Source: a virus
Taxonomy: Duplodnaviria > Caudoviricetes
IMG/VR virus record: IMGVR_UViG_3300008255_000275
Coordinates: 1-35,629 of that record
DNA: 35,629 bases
Direction: 5' to 3' (one strand)
Shown: positions 35,552 through 35,629 of the stretch, piece by piece
Position numbering within the stretch: position 1 is the stretch's first letter
Layout of the letters: each line of letters begins with the position of its first letter
The notes under the pieces: generated by a model
Told to the model about the DNA's origin: nothing
What the model saw: only the letters and a program-made list of their open reading frames with translations
Database searches by the model: none
Position numbers and translations under genes: made by a program

Positions 35552-35594
35552 TAAAAAACCTATCTACTGTTAAAAGTAAATAGGTTTTTTATTT
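35551..35594. terminator. Bidirectional intrinsic terminator
   Basis: ATAAAAAACCTAT...ATAGGTTTTTTAT. Confidence 0.65.
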
Positions 35595-35629
35595 GTGCTA
35601 AACCTTTTCGCCTGTATCTCTTAGCGTAA

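Noticed and set aside
1-35629. tRNA or rRNA genes
   Set aside because: No cloverleaf or rRNA-like sequence seen in intergenic regions by eye; tRNAscan-SE would confirm.

Overview
Almost the whole window is one temperate, contractile-tailed (myovirus-like, PBSX/Xkd-type tail) phage of a Firmicute, probably a clostridial host (inferred from gene families and AAGGGGG/AAAGGAGG-type RBSs). Order on the + strand: small accessory and nucleotide-metabolism genes (1-4335), an AT-rich non-coding element, a late regulator, terminases, portal, head, neck, tail and baseplate genes, then a complete diversity-generating retroelement (DGR), a three-membrane-protein lysis cassette with an amidase endolysin, and a co-directional excisionase-like/integrase/XRE-repressor module followed by a candidate intact attP. 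The DGR comprises target gene 26798-27871, VR 27746-27859, avd, TR 28323-28436 and RT; all 13 VR/TR mismatches fall on TR adenines. DGRs are a known class. Less easily explained signals are: a ~210-220 bp degenerate non-coding element in two copies 30 kb apart, a TTGTC-N5-GACAA operator network, base-paired TR flanks, a domain shared by a tail protein and the endolysin, a tandem dead/live zincin, and apparent absence of GATC. All family calls come from motif recognition by eye, not database searches.
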